In this document: positions 41,850-54,770 of the stretch, piece by piece
How positions within the stretch are numbered: position 1 is the stretch's first letter
Layout of the letters: each line of letters opens with the position of its first letter
Assembly (NCBI GenBank): GCA_951406725.2
Contig: OX597817.1
Coordinates: 21,142,001-21,206,000 of the forward strand
From: Octopus vulgaris
Lineage: Eukaryota
Reading direction: 5' to 3'
Length of the DNA stretch: 64,000 bases
The notes under the pieces: model-generated
Databases searched by the model: none
Seen by the model: the letters and a program-made list of their open reading frames with translations, nothing else
Told to the model about the DNA's origin: nothing
Program-made: the position numbers and the translations under genes

Positions 41850-44800
41850 GAGTCATTATTGAATCATGCGAAGAAAGCCGGCGTCATCAAAACTGAAAAT
41901 TGTGCAATGAAAGAAAAGAGGAAAAGAGCACAAGAAAAGAAGAAACGTCATAGAACAAAAAAGTACGAACAATTTGGAAGAGATACGAACGCCAAGACAG
42001 GTAGCTGTGCGTGAGGAGGAGTGAGCTAAAGATACCGACAGCAGCACACATATGCGCAGCTCAAGGACAACCGTTAAGGAACAGCTACGTGAAGTGTAGA
42101 ATAGACAACATTACCAACAGCGGCAAATGTAGAATGTGTGATGAAAAGGGCGAAAAATATATATAAAGTATATATTTATTGAATGCCCAAAATTGGCACA
42201 ACGCGAATACAAACGACGCCATGACAATGTGAAAAGAACGATATATTGCAAACTCTGTGGAAATCAGGGCCTACACAAAGCAAAGAGATGACGTGAGAAA
42301 ACCCCAGAAGTAATCATGAACAATGAGTACTGCAAAATCTAGTGGGATGCAAAGATTCAGTTCAATCACCTGACCAGACATATCAAATATTGTTGTGTTG
42401 AATAATAAAGAATGACGGTTGAGACTGTGCAGATTTGCAGCAAAGATATAGGGGTGGAATTCGGTATCTAGAAGTGTGTGGTGCTCACTTTGAAGCGGAG
42501 GAAAAAAAAAGATTTTAGGGACAAAGAAATGCCAAAGGGAGAGAGAATGGAAGACCCGGATGATGATGGGTACAAGTACGTCGGAATCTTTGTTCTGGAC
42601 AGTATATTGTACGGAGAAATGAAAGACAAGTGCATCACTGCATATTTCGAGCGCCTCAACAGTATCAAACAGAAAGAAGAAAAAATTAAAGAACTATGAC
42701 GATTTCAAAATGAAAGAAACCAAGTTTGAGTTCCATGAGATGCCAACAGTACACGAAATGCCAACAGTAACTGGCGCAGAATCAGTATTCAACTACTAAC
42801 ATGGCTCATACTAATGTGAAGGTAGAGCACCTAGAAAAACCAGCATTGCTTGGAACTGCATGAATTCTTTGTGGCGTTCTTGAAGCACAACCAGTAAACA
42901 AGTGTCAATTAGTTTTCTAGCTGTGGGCTGCTGAAACGTTCGATCATATCCAACAAATAAAGCTGTGAGCGGTGCAGTTCCGGAGTGGATTCTAGAGGGA
43001 AAGACAACATTATTGATGAATGATTGGTCAAAGGCCAATGAGGCTGGAAATTAGCGACACATTACTTGTCTTAACCTCATCTGGAAGAATTAACAGGCAT
43101 ACTCGTTGGGAAAATATATACGTTTCTTCAGGAAAAGCAGTCTACATCCAGTAGAAGAAAAGAAATACCGGAAAGGATCCAATGGCACCAAGAGCCACAT
43201 TGTGATAGACAAAGTTGAAATGAATAACACTAAACGTCAAGCAAAAACATATGCATGGCGTGGATAGACTTTAAAATGCTTAAGATATGGTGCCGCATTC
43301 ATGGATTTTGGAAACACTCGACACGTGTAAAATAGCTGAGAACGTGTGTGCATTGATTAAGAACCGCATACCCAGTTGGAAAACACGTCTTTTCTGGAAC
43401 AACTAGCATTTAGCCGAGCAAACAATTAAAGCGGGTATTTTCTAGGGAGACTTTTGTTCCTCTTTCTTATTTCTTATTGCCTTGATCCCACTTTCTATAG
43501 TCTTACGCAAAGTCAACGCGCTCTATGAGCTGAGAAATAGTGGAAGTTGTCTCAATCATATTCTCTCCAGGGGTGATTTAAAACTGCTCGCAAAAACAGT
43601 GCCTGAAATCATGAGGCCGATTGAGACTGTGCAGATTTGCAGCAAAGATATAGGGTTGGAATTCGGTATCTAGAAGTGTGTGGTGCTCACTTTGAAGCGG
43701 AGGAAAAGAAAAGATTTTAGGGGCAAAGAAATGCCAAAAGGAGAGAGAATGGAAAATCCGGATGATGATGAATACAAGTACGTCGGAATCCTTGAGGTGG
43801 ACAGTATATTGTACGGAGAAATGAAAGACACGTGCATCACTGCATGTTTCGACCGCCTCAAACTTATCTTGAAATAAAAACTCAACTCAAGGAACCTTCT
43901 GAGTGTCATCAAGATATGTGCTGGTGCTGTAGTCAACTATAGTGCACTCATCCTGAAATGGACACAAGCGCAGATTAACCAAATCGATCGCACTACTCGA
44001 AAGACAATGACAATGTATGGCGTGCCCTCCACTCTAACACGAATGAACATAGGCTCTACATGAAGTAGTGTAAACGTGGATGTTGGCTGATTAGCGTACG
44101 GGGGCGCATCCATAGTGAACGAAAAAACATGGCAGAATATTTGATAAACAGCAAACAAGAAATATTAAAATACGCTGCTAATGCAGAAGTATTTACCAAA
44201 AATGGACTTGAGAGTGCTCCTGAATTCCGATCACGAATAGCCAAGAAGGGAGAAGAAAACCTACTTCGCATGAAGTTACACGTTCAATTCCACCGTGAAA
44301 CAAGCAACTTAAAGCACCCGGAAGCATCATGGAGATGGCTGAGAATACTGAAAGCTTACTTATCGATGCCCAGGGTCTGGCATTGGGTACCAAATCAGTG
44401 AAAACAGATATATATCACACAAGTGCAGCGAGCTTCTGCCGGATGGGTGGGAGTAGGGTCACAGCGTGACTCAAAGCGGCTTACTTCGTGTGAAGTACTT
44501 GCGCAGAGAGAGTACAAATGAAGACACGACAAGGTAGCCCAAAACGCTGGCTACTATGCCGGGAAACGAGGGGCTTGGTGCCAACATGCACCGGAAAATG
44601 TATTGAATATAAGCACCTGGGTATCATTGAAAGAGATAAGGTGAATGAGCAAAAGCTGAAAGAAATTTACAGGAAAGAGTATTTCAGGAGAACTCGTTTA
44701 TGCTCTAATCGGATCTAAATGGCCACTATAAGGAAAGTGCAATTAACACGTGGGTTGTTGCTTTGATGAGATATGGGAAAGGAATAGTATCTTGGAAGTA

Positions 44801-45850
44801 GCATGAATTACAAGAGACAGACCGGAGAACGCATAAATCAATGGCAATGAACAAGAAACTACACCCAAAAATGAGTGATGATGTGTCAAGACTGTTTGTA
44901 AAAAGGAAAGAAGGAGGACGGGGATTGGTGTGTTATGAAGATTGTGTAAGGGAAGGGAATAGCCTGTCTTGGTATGTCGAGGGGAATAAAGAAGGAATGA
45001 CTGAAGCAGTGAAAATGCAGGGAACCTTAAAAGTGAGCGAAGTCGTTGATCCAACTCTATTTCAGAAAGACCAGAGTGAGCAGATGAAGGAAATTTGGCA
45101 GAACAAGAAAATGCGCAGTCAGTTTTTGAAGCGTAAAGATGCGATTGGTTTGAATAGTCCCTGCCAACAGCTACAGAAAAGTCTTAAAAGTGCCCACTGA
45201 GGCATTAGTGTGCAACGCTCTAAAACAAGCTCTCAGAACAAACTACTCCGAATACCACAGTGTAGGATGTGGTCTGAGAAGGGAGAAAGTATAAGCCATA
45301 TTGTTAGTGAGTGCTGTAAGCTCGCACAACGCGAATACAAAAGGAGACACGGCAATATGTCCACTCGCTGTTGTGTGGTAAAGCAAACCTCGGGAGAGCT
45401 GAACAATCGTATGAATGCAAGCCAGAGGGAGGAATGGAAAACGAACATTATAAAATACTCTTGCATTTTAATATACAGTGTGACCAAATCATAAAGGCGA
45501 GACGGTCAGATATCTTGATCATCCAAAATGATGAAAAAGAAGCAAAGATAATACATGTTGCAAAACCAGGCGATTCGAGGGTGGAACGTATGGAAACAGA
45601 TAAAGTGACAAATACGAGCTACTGCAGGTCGAGATAAGAAAGTTATAGGGCATGAAGAAAGTAATCGTGATACAGGTCGTAATTAGAGCATTAAGAGCAG
45701 TTTCCAAGAGCTTTGAAAATCATATTAAGAATATTAAAGCTGCTGTCAGACACGAGATTGTCCAGAAGACAACATTGTTGGGTACAGCTCGCATTCTAAG
45801 GATTGTCTCTTTGAGTCACAGGAGAATGCACTGCTTGAAATATTTGGTGA
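41850..45850 (+). pseudogene. Several abutting degenerate R4/Dong fragments
   Basis: CRMC/RHD (42125-42230), WIDF..VPHSWI (~43260-43310), YKYVGI (42570, 43772), NKKLHPK..RLFVKRKEGGRGL (44850), CRM..ESISHIVSEC (45260), RSDILI..IHVAKP (45500), QKTTLLGTARILR (45762). Confidence 0.85.
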
Positions 45851-45959
45851 TATTTTACAACCTGTTTTCAAGTAAAGAATAACCGGCAATGAAGAACTAT
45901 CCGAGAGTCTTTCAGAATGAGACAAAATAAAAAATAACAATAGCAATAATAACTGAAGA

Positions 45960-48430
45960 CATCCACTGACCGAAGAAGGGTCTGTTACTGCTTAGATCGA
46001 TTATCGAAAGGCTTTTGACAGTATTCCCCACATATGGATCCTAGAAACACTAGCCATGAACAAGGTGGCACTAATAATCATGAAATATATAAAATATACC
46101 ATTCATAATTGACAGACAGTGCTACAGCACCAGATAAATGAGAGCCTTATATAAACCCAAACCATCCCCATTAGAAGAGGAATATTCCAAGGATACTTGC
46201 TCTCTCCCCTCCTCTTCTACTTGGCTCTGAAACATTTATATGACATGCCAATCAGAACTGGATGTGGATACAGCTGTTACGGCAAAACAGTGAACCATCT
46301 CTTGTATATGGATGATCTAAACCTGTATGCTACTGTATGCAGCTGGAAACATTACTACATCAAATTGGGTTATGAAAAGTGTGCCAAAGCAAACTTGAAA
46401 AGAGGAAAATTATTTAAGAGTAACAACATCGCACTAGTTAAGGAAATCAAATAAAAGAATTAGAGCAAAGCTAGACGTACAGATACTTAGGACTTAATGA
46501 ACTTGATAAGATACAACACATGCAAATGAAGAATAAATTAAGAAATAAAACTAGACACTAGTTAGATTAATAGAGAAAACAGAGCGCAATGCGAAAACAA
46601 GATAATATGTACCAACATTCTAGACGTCTCAGTTATATGTTACAGCTGCAATATTATTAACTGAACTCCAAATGAACTAATGACAATAGACAAGAAAACA
46701 AGAAAAATAACAACATGATTTAGGATGCACCAACCAAAATGTCACATACAAAGGCTATTTATTTAGCAAGAAAACTATTATAATATAACGTAAGGTGTAC
46801 TAGCCATCTGAATGTGGCTAGCCACTGGGGGTGGAGTGTTACTGATGCTTTTAGCCCCAGGCGATCACCGTCACCAGATGGACTTTAGACACACAATTTC
46901 AGTACCCTTGTGTTATTTGCAAAGGGAGGTCATCCTCCCTCGAAAACCTAAGTGATACATACGGACTATAGTTTCGAGGTAATTGCCTCTCGTCAACGCA
47001 TGGTAAACACCGGTTTTCGATGAAGGAGACCCCTTGCAAATAATATTTAACGTTTTTCACAGCAACCACTGTCACTGATTTAGAAAAACTGTCTGAAAGC
47101 ATTAATAAATCTCTGAACGAGATATAAACAGTAACCGCTCGACAACGTAAGGTGTACTAGCCATCTGAATGTGGCTAGCCACTGGGGGTGGGGTGTTACT
47201 GATGCTTTTAGCCCCAGGCGATCAACGTCACCAGATGGACTTTAGACACAAAATTTCAGTGCCCTTGTGTTATTTGCAGAGGGTCTCCTTCATCGAAAAC
47301 CGGTGTTTACCATGCGTTGACGAGAGGCAATTACCTTGAAACTATAGTCCGTATGTATCACTTAGGTTTTCGAGGGAGGATGACCTCCCTTTGCAAATAA
47401 CACAAGGGTACTGAAATTTTGTGTCTAAAGTCCATCTGGTGACGTTGATCGCCTGGGGCTAAAAGCATCAGTAACACCCCACCCCCAGTGGCTAGCCACA
47501 TTCAGATGGCTAGTACACCTTACGTTGTCGAGCGGTTACTCTTTATATCTCGTTCAGAGATTTATTAATGCTTTATTATAATATAATCACCATAGAACTA
47601 CAGAAATATCTACTTCAGAAGCAAGGAACACTGATACAAAGAACCACAAACACGAACAAAACAAAAAAAAATGTTTTCTTAAGGAAAAAAAAAGGAAGCT
47701 GAATGATACAAGAATATGTCATACTATCTAACAAACATGAAGAAAACTAAGGAACAACAAAAATTGTAAAACTGCTGAAATCCAAACTAAACCTGCAGCA
47801 GCAATGTATGAAATATCGATGGTAAGAGAAACCCCTTAATGGCAATTATTAGGTCGAGATAAACAGAAAACAAAAATCCTAACAATTGCTGAGAAACTCA
47901 GGACTGAGGGCAGAGACTGAAGCAGTTTTAAATGCTACACAAGATCAAACGCATCCCACCAGTAATCAGCAAACACACGTAAAGATAAGAAATACATTTA
48001 ACTGCAGAAGATGTGTTCATGGAGATGAAACATTTAATTGTATTATCTCTGGCAGCCCAGTCTTAGCTATGAAGGAATATATTAACAGACATGACAGGGT
48101 TAGGACCTATATACACTGGAAGCTATGCCAAAACAATGGAGTAACAATAGAAAAAAGATGGTATAATTACACGTCAGATAATGTCACAGAAAATGAGAAT
48201 GCAACCATACTGTGGGATGTGCTATTAAGCATAGGGAGGAAATAAGGCCTATAGGCAGGATATACTTGTCACAGTTCACCAAGAAAAAGAAAGGCTTTCT
48301 AATAGATGTATCAATAACAAAAGATGACGATCTTTTTCTAAAAATGATCTGGAAATAGAGGTACTTGGATATGGAGCCTAAAAACAGAAACAATTCCAAT
48401 ATAGTAGGTGCTTTAGGTATGATGAAACAA
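45960..48430 (+). pseudogene. Degenerate R4/Dong copy (RT to RLE), interrupted at 46789-47573
   Basis: DYRKAFDSIPHIWI, GIFQG, HLLYMDDL, GLRAETEA..QDQ, CRRC, RHDRV, TILWD. Confidence 0.88.
46789..47573. mobile_element. Penelope-like insertion: partial tandem direct repeat plus inverted copy, 13-bp TSD
   Basis: 46789-46920 is repeated at 47147-47278; 47281-47573 is the reverse complement of the unit. TSD tattataatataa at 46776-46788 and 47574-47586. Confidence 0.75.
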
Positions 48431-48469
48431 AACGCCACCAGGGTGGATGACAATGAGTAGTGCAGTGCT

Positions 48470-50190
48470 GTGGTGCAAAACATGGAAAACGGCAACGCGG
48501 TAGACAATTACAGGCCGATATCCTCCTTGCCAATTTTGTGGAAATTATTGACTAGAATAGGCGCAGAGTCAATGTAATGAGATCTGGAGAAAATGAAGTT
48601 CTACCACATGAGCTGAAGGGTTGCAAGTATAAGTACCAAGGTACCAAGAATCAACTCCTGGTACACACAAAACTTTACATAGAGACTGCCAGAGGAGGAA
48701 CACTAAATTAGCCATGTGATGGATCAAGGATCGTAAGGCGTGCGATATGACCCCACATTCATTGATTATGAAATGTATGAACCTATTTGGTATTGCATCG
48801 AATGTTGAGCAATGGCTTGGAAAAGTATGGCGAAGTGGAGGTCGGAACTGACACCATATGGAAGAAGTTTAGGAACAATAGAAATCAGGAGAGGCATCTT
48901 CCAGTGGGACTGCATGTCCTTACTCATCTTTGTACTATGCGTGATACCACTAACACTGATTCTGAGGAAGGCAGTGTCTGGGAATGTATTCAAGAGCCGC
49001 CAACAAAAAGTCAACCACTTGTTATTTCTAGATGACCTAAACATTTAAGGTAAAGATTAATCCCAAGTCAGTTCCTTCGTTGACACGGTGTATACTTTCA
49101 GTGCTGATATCAGAATGGAGATCGGACTGAAAAGGGTGGTATGTGAGACTTGAAGAGAGGCAAAATCAAATGTATGGACGGGTTAGTGATACCATCGGGG
49201 GAGGTTATGAAGAAAATAGAAAGACGGGCTATAAATACTTGGAGATATTGGAAATGGATAAATAGATGGTGAAAGAAATGACTGAAAAATTTAAGGAGAC
49301 GAACTTGCGCAGACTGAGATTGATGCTTAAGTCGAAATTAAACGGACGGAATAAGATTGAAGCTATCAAAACCTGGGCGGTTTCACTCCTTAGATACAGA
49401 GCAGGGACAGCCGCATAGACAGTAGATGAATTAAAGAGCTTACATAGATAGACAAGGAAGTTACTGACTAGATATGAGATATTCTAACCCCAAAATGTCA
49501 CAGACAGACTGTAAGTACCAAGAAAAAGTGGTTGAAGAAGAATGATTGAATGCGAACACACCATTAGAGGGGAGGAAAACAAGATTGCATGGTATGTAAA
49601 AAATTCCACAGAACGGCTATTATTGGAAATAAGAAGATCAGGCTGGTGCAGGACGGAAGGTTGTAAAGATAAAGCACTGTACAAGCAATTGAAAATGAAT
49701 GAAACTGAAAATAGGTGGATAAAGAAAAGAATGCATGAGCAATTTCATAGAGATGTTGAGGCTGTGGACGACTAAATATGATTTAAAACTGGAAACGGAG
49801 GCTCTAATCTTCCAAGAGGAAGTATGAAGAACAAATTACATAAAAGACTGAATAAACAACACATCTGAAAGTGATAATAGCAGAATTTGCGGGCGAAATG
49901 ATGAAATCGTATAGCATATTACTAGTCAATGTAGGCCATACTCAGAAAGAATACAATATACTTTAAGAAAATATAGCTACAATTGACCATTGGACAATTT
50001 GCAAAAAGTATGAACATAAGAGAGCAAGAAGTTGTTATGATCATAAACCTGAAGTCATCATCGAAAAGGATAATGCAAAGATCCTATTGGATATTATGAT
50101 TCAGTGCGACCATGAGATAGAGACCACGGAACCGGACATAGTGTTAATTGAGAAAGAAAACAAACGATACTGTATCATAGACATAGCACG
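48470..50190 (+). pseudogene. Degenerate R4/Dong copy (RT to RLE)
   Basis: NYRPI, RRGIFQWD, NHLLFLDDL, YKYL, EPDIVLIEK..CIIDIA. Confidence 0.88.
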
Positions 50191-50699
50191 GTCTGGGATG
50201 AAATTCACATTATTTTGTTTTGTTTGAATGGAGAGGTCTATGGTCAACCCAGGCCAGTTTTCCTTTCTGGTCTGATATGCCTCCAGGATTTTCGAGTTTT
50301 CCTCAATGTCTGTCATCACTGTCGCAATTAATCAAGGAATGGCTAATTCTGGCGGCACCTGCTGGATTATAATTTTTACCAGTTTCTGACCGCAGTAGTA
50401 AGGAACTAGCAACAGCTCCTCGCTTTTGAGGAGATTCAGTGAATGATGTTTGGCTTCTTCCTCGGTGTGGAATCGAATGTTCAGGATTCCATAGAGCTTT
50501 CCTTTCTGTATTTAATTCTTTAGATTCGAGACGGGACTTAAATGTTGTTGTATTTGAGCCTCTGTGGCTCTTTTCACTCTCCTTGACTTTAACCCAATTG
50601 AAGGGTACGTCATGTATCGTATCTGGAATTGTCACAAGTGGGGTATTCAACTGTACAGCCTGTCCATCTCTCTCGACTAGCTGTCTAACATATTCCAGT

Positions 50700-51013
50700 A
50701 CAATTGCAGCGTTGAAGGTGTTTGTAAGCCATTAAATAAACACACAAAAGCCGTTCGATTCACTTCAACATTTAAGTTTAATTTTTCAAAATATTTTCGT
50801 CGCTATACGATGCAGCACGGATGTTTGTCTGTGAACAGGTCGCGGTCTTATAGCGACTAAAATATTTTGAAAAATTAAACTTAAATGTTGAATTGAATCG
50901 AACGGCTTTTGTGTGTTTCTTAAATGGCTTACAAACACCTTCAACGCTGCAATTGTTTTCGTTCCAGCACACGATCTCAGATCAAATTACTTGCTATGCA
51001 AGTACATCTCCGT
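50700..51013. mobile_element. Palindromic Penelope-like insertion with 10-bp TSD
   Basis: ~100 bp inverted arms 50700-50800 / 50850-50957. atattccagt at 50690-50699 and 51014-51023. Confidence 0.7.
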
Positions 51014-51778
51014 ATATTCCAGTTCATCTTCTGAAAATTGTATTTTCTGGATAGATGATTTAGTTACTTCAGCGTAAGAAATCTTTGAAAAGCTGCTCCA
51101 AGCCATTGTATCTCATTCATTGTGTTGTTGTAGTTGCTTTTGTAGCTGCTGTTGTTGGTTTTGTTGTTGCTGCTGTCACCTTTCTTGTTGTGGTTGTTGT
51201 TGTTGTTGTTGTCGTCGTTGTCGTTGTTGTTGCTGTTGTAATTTTAAGTCAACTCATCAGCTGCCTCATTCGCTGAAGGGTTTTCGAAGATAATGTTTTC
51301 CCTTCGAATAATATTATTAAAAAAAGAGACTTTGCTTTTCAAAAGAGCTTTTGAGTGATCCTCATTGAAAATATTGGCTCCCGCTCTATTTGTCCATTTT
51401 TTTTGAGAGAGAGAGAAATACGACTCATCTGTTTTGTTCTTCAGACTGAAATCGCTTCGCACGCATGCATTCTCTCTCATCCGTGTTGGGTGACGCTCCT
51501 CACCTTCTCCCCCTTTCTCACAAATGAGCGTCAGCGTGTTTTGTGTTTTCTCCATGTTGGTGGGGAAAACGAACGCAACTTTTATTAAAGAAACAAAAGC
51601 AATTGACCTATCCCCCAAAGCTGGGGGACAAAATAGGAAAATAAACTGACCACTAAGCAGTAAATGACTTCTTGCCCACGATGTTATAAACTTGAAGTGT
51701 GCAAAAACACTATTATGCGATGTTTTCTTATACACTTCACTGGCCGAGATCAAGCGTTACTTGCAAGACTGACGGCCA

Positions 51779-52398
<620 letters not shown>

Positions 52399-54200
52399 TA
52401 CAATGAGAGATAAAGGGAGGAATTGAAACAAAGAGAAGTAGCAATCAAAGCAAAATTGGAAAGATATGACAATAGAACAAAACATATTCAGGCAAAAGAG
52501 ATCCTTTGAAGCAAATCGGAAGAAACTGCTTCCGGAAGTAGATGGGAAATTATACGTAACAATGAACCCAAATGCAGTGGAAAGCAAGGCACTCTGGAGA
52601 GGGATATGAGATCAACTTCTAGAGTATAATGATAAAGCAGAGTGGCTGCATGAAATCCAACGAGTCATAAAAATAACTACAGAAACGATAAAATTGCAGT
52701 TAAGAAAATTCCGAAATTGGAAGAGTCCAGGACCGGATGGGATCCAAGCTTATTGAGAAAAGAAGCTTGAGAGGGCTCCATAAAAAAGAAAGCAAAACTT
52801 GTAAATGGGTGCTTGCAGGAAGGCGCAGTGCCCAGCTAGAGGTAAATGGGAAAGGCATTATTAAGTACCATGGTCCCTAAAAATGGAAATTTTGCATCCA
52901 ACTTTTGACGAATAACGGGTCATTCGCTAATATGAAGACTAATGCCAGGTGTTTTAGCCGCTGAACTATATAGATTCTTAGAAAAAGATGGGCTGGTAAC
53001 ACTTCAAAAGAAAGGGTGCCAAATGAGGATCAGAAATTAACGAATAATATAAGTATCAGAAACTGCGAGAAGACATACACCTGAGCATGGCAAGGGTTGA
53101 CTATGTAAAAGCATACGATATAATACAACACTGCATAATAAGAACAATGAACATATATGGAGTAGCAGAAAACATAAGCCTTATATCGAAAGGTATAAAA
53201 TGGTGGAGGACGGAATTGACAATTGAACCTCAATTCAGCTATAAACACATGGAATTATTGAGGCAGATGAAATTAAACACGACATGAAGGGAAAGACCCA
53301 AAAAAAAAGAGTATATACTGCGAGTGAGAAAAATACTGGCTTCGATGCTGAATAAGAGAAACATAATTTCGGCAATAAACTCACGCGCAGTTGCAGTTGT
53401 TTGGTATGGCACTGTAATCTTGAAGTGGACAGAGGAGAAGCGAACAAAATGGAAAGGACGTCCAGAAAACTAACGTCAAGATGCACGGTGTCCATTATTC
53501 ACGTGCAGGCACCGATCGCCTGCACATGAAAAGAGAAAATGGGTCTATAAGTGTGAAAGACTGTGTACGTATCGAACTCGAGAGCTTAATGACATACCTA
53601 ACCCAAAGTAAGGAAGCCTTGCTAGTGTCAGTTAGGAACGTTGAAGTATTGAAAGCAGAGAAAAAAGGAAAAACCAAGGAAGAAGTAAAAAAGGACACGA
53701 AGAAGAATTGCGCAACAATCAATTCCTTGTAGCCACAACAGAAGTTCCTGGAAAAAAGTAGGTGGGAATAGCTGAAGAAGGGAACAAAAAAAGACCCAGA
53801 GCATAATACTGGCAGCGCAAGACCAATTTTTTGCCACGAACAAGGGGTCAACTTTGGTAGTGAGAAAGTTTCTTCACTGTGCTGCATCTGTAATAGAGTG
53901 GATGAAACCATTGGCCATATCACAAACGAATGCCATAAAAGAAGAATGCCCTAGGTGAAGATGATGCCAATCATTGTTGGGTCCTTGGGACAGTAGGAGA
54001 AGAGATCAAGTGGAATTTTAGGGAAAGTGGAATAGAGTTCCCAGTAGAACTGTTATACAAGGTTTGCCTCCTTAGCACGGCTATAGTAATGTATAGGAAT
54101 GTATCAGATACATCAAAAGGCCGGATAACATGGTACCATTGCTTTTCTTGTACCATAGAAAATTTATCTGCATAGTAACGTAAGTAAAGTAATGCTGGGG
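52399..54200 (+). pseudogene. Degenerate, internally deleted R4/Dong copy directly after (AAT)n
   Basis: NWKSPGPDGIQAY, VDYVKAYDII, MHGVHYSRAGTDRLHM, CCIC..DETIGHITNEC, PIIVGSLG. Confidence 0.85.
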
Positions 54201-54551
54201 AAAAATAGTTTCATATTCTTTTGCCAATGCTCATCACGAGTTTATAAACACAGTAGATAAAGTAACCGAATAGATATCAATTTAGTTCTATTGTTGGTGC
54301 CTCCATCGGTAAAAGCATTAAAATATGTAGTACCGACTTGTTGAATGTTATCCGGTGCATATTTAGAACTCGTTGAACTGGATCGCTAATACCCAAACTT
54401 GCCTGGAAATATAAATGTGATTAGGTTAGATATTAGGAAATATAAATGTGGTTAGGTTAGATAAACTTCGAATCACTAATTCATTTAGGTATTCGTCCCA
54501 AATAACTGTTTGTAAGAAGTAGGGAAAGCAATTGAAAATATTGTCATGGAT

Positions 54552-54770
54552 AAGGCGGTGATTTGGCAGAGTCATTAGCGCGCCGAGCAAAATGCTTTGC
54601 GGCATTTCGTTCGTCTTTACCTTCAGAGTTCAAACTCCTCTGCGGTCGACTCTACCATTTATACTTTAGCTCGGTAAAATAAGTGCCAGTTGAGAACTAG
54701 GGTCGATGTAAGCAAAAACTCTCCGTTCTTGCGACATTGATGGCTTTGAGTCAACATTTGAAACCAAAAT
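54552..54770 (+). mobile_element. SINE family C, diverged
   Basis: aaggcggtgatttggcagagtc..gagttcaaactcc..ggtcgac. Confidence 0.75.

Noticed and set aside
51250-51290. CTGATGA on the minus strand as a hammerhead (also 63552)
   Set aside because: No correctly placed GAAA/UH with pairing stems.
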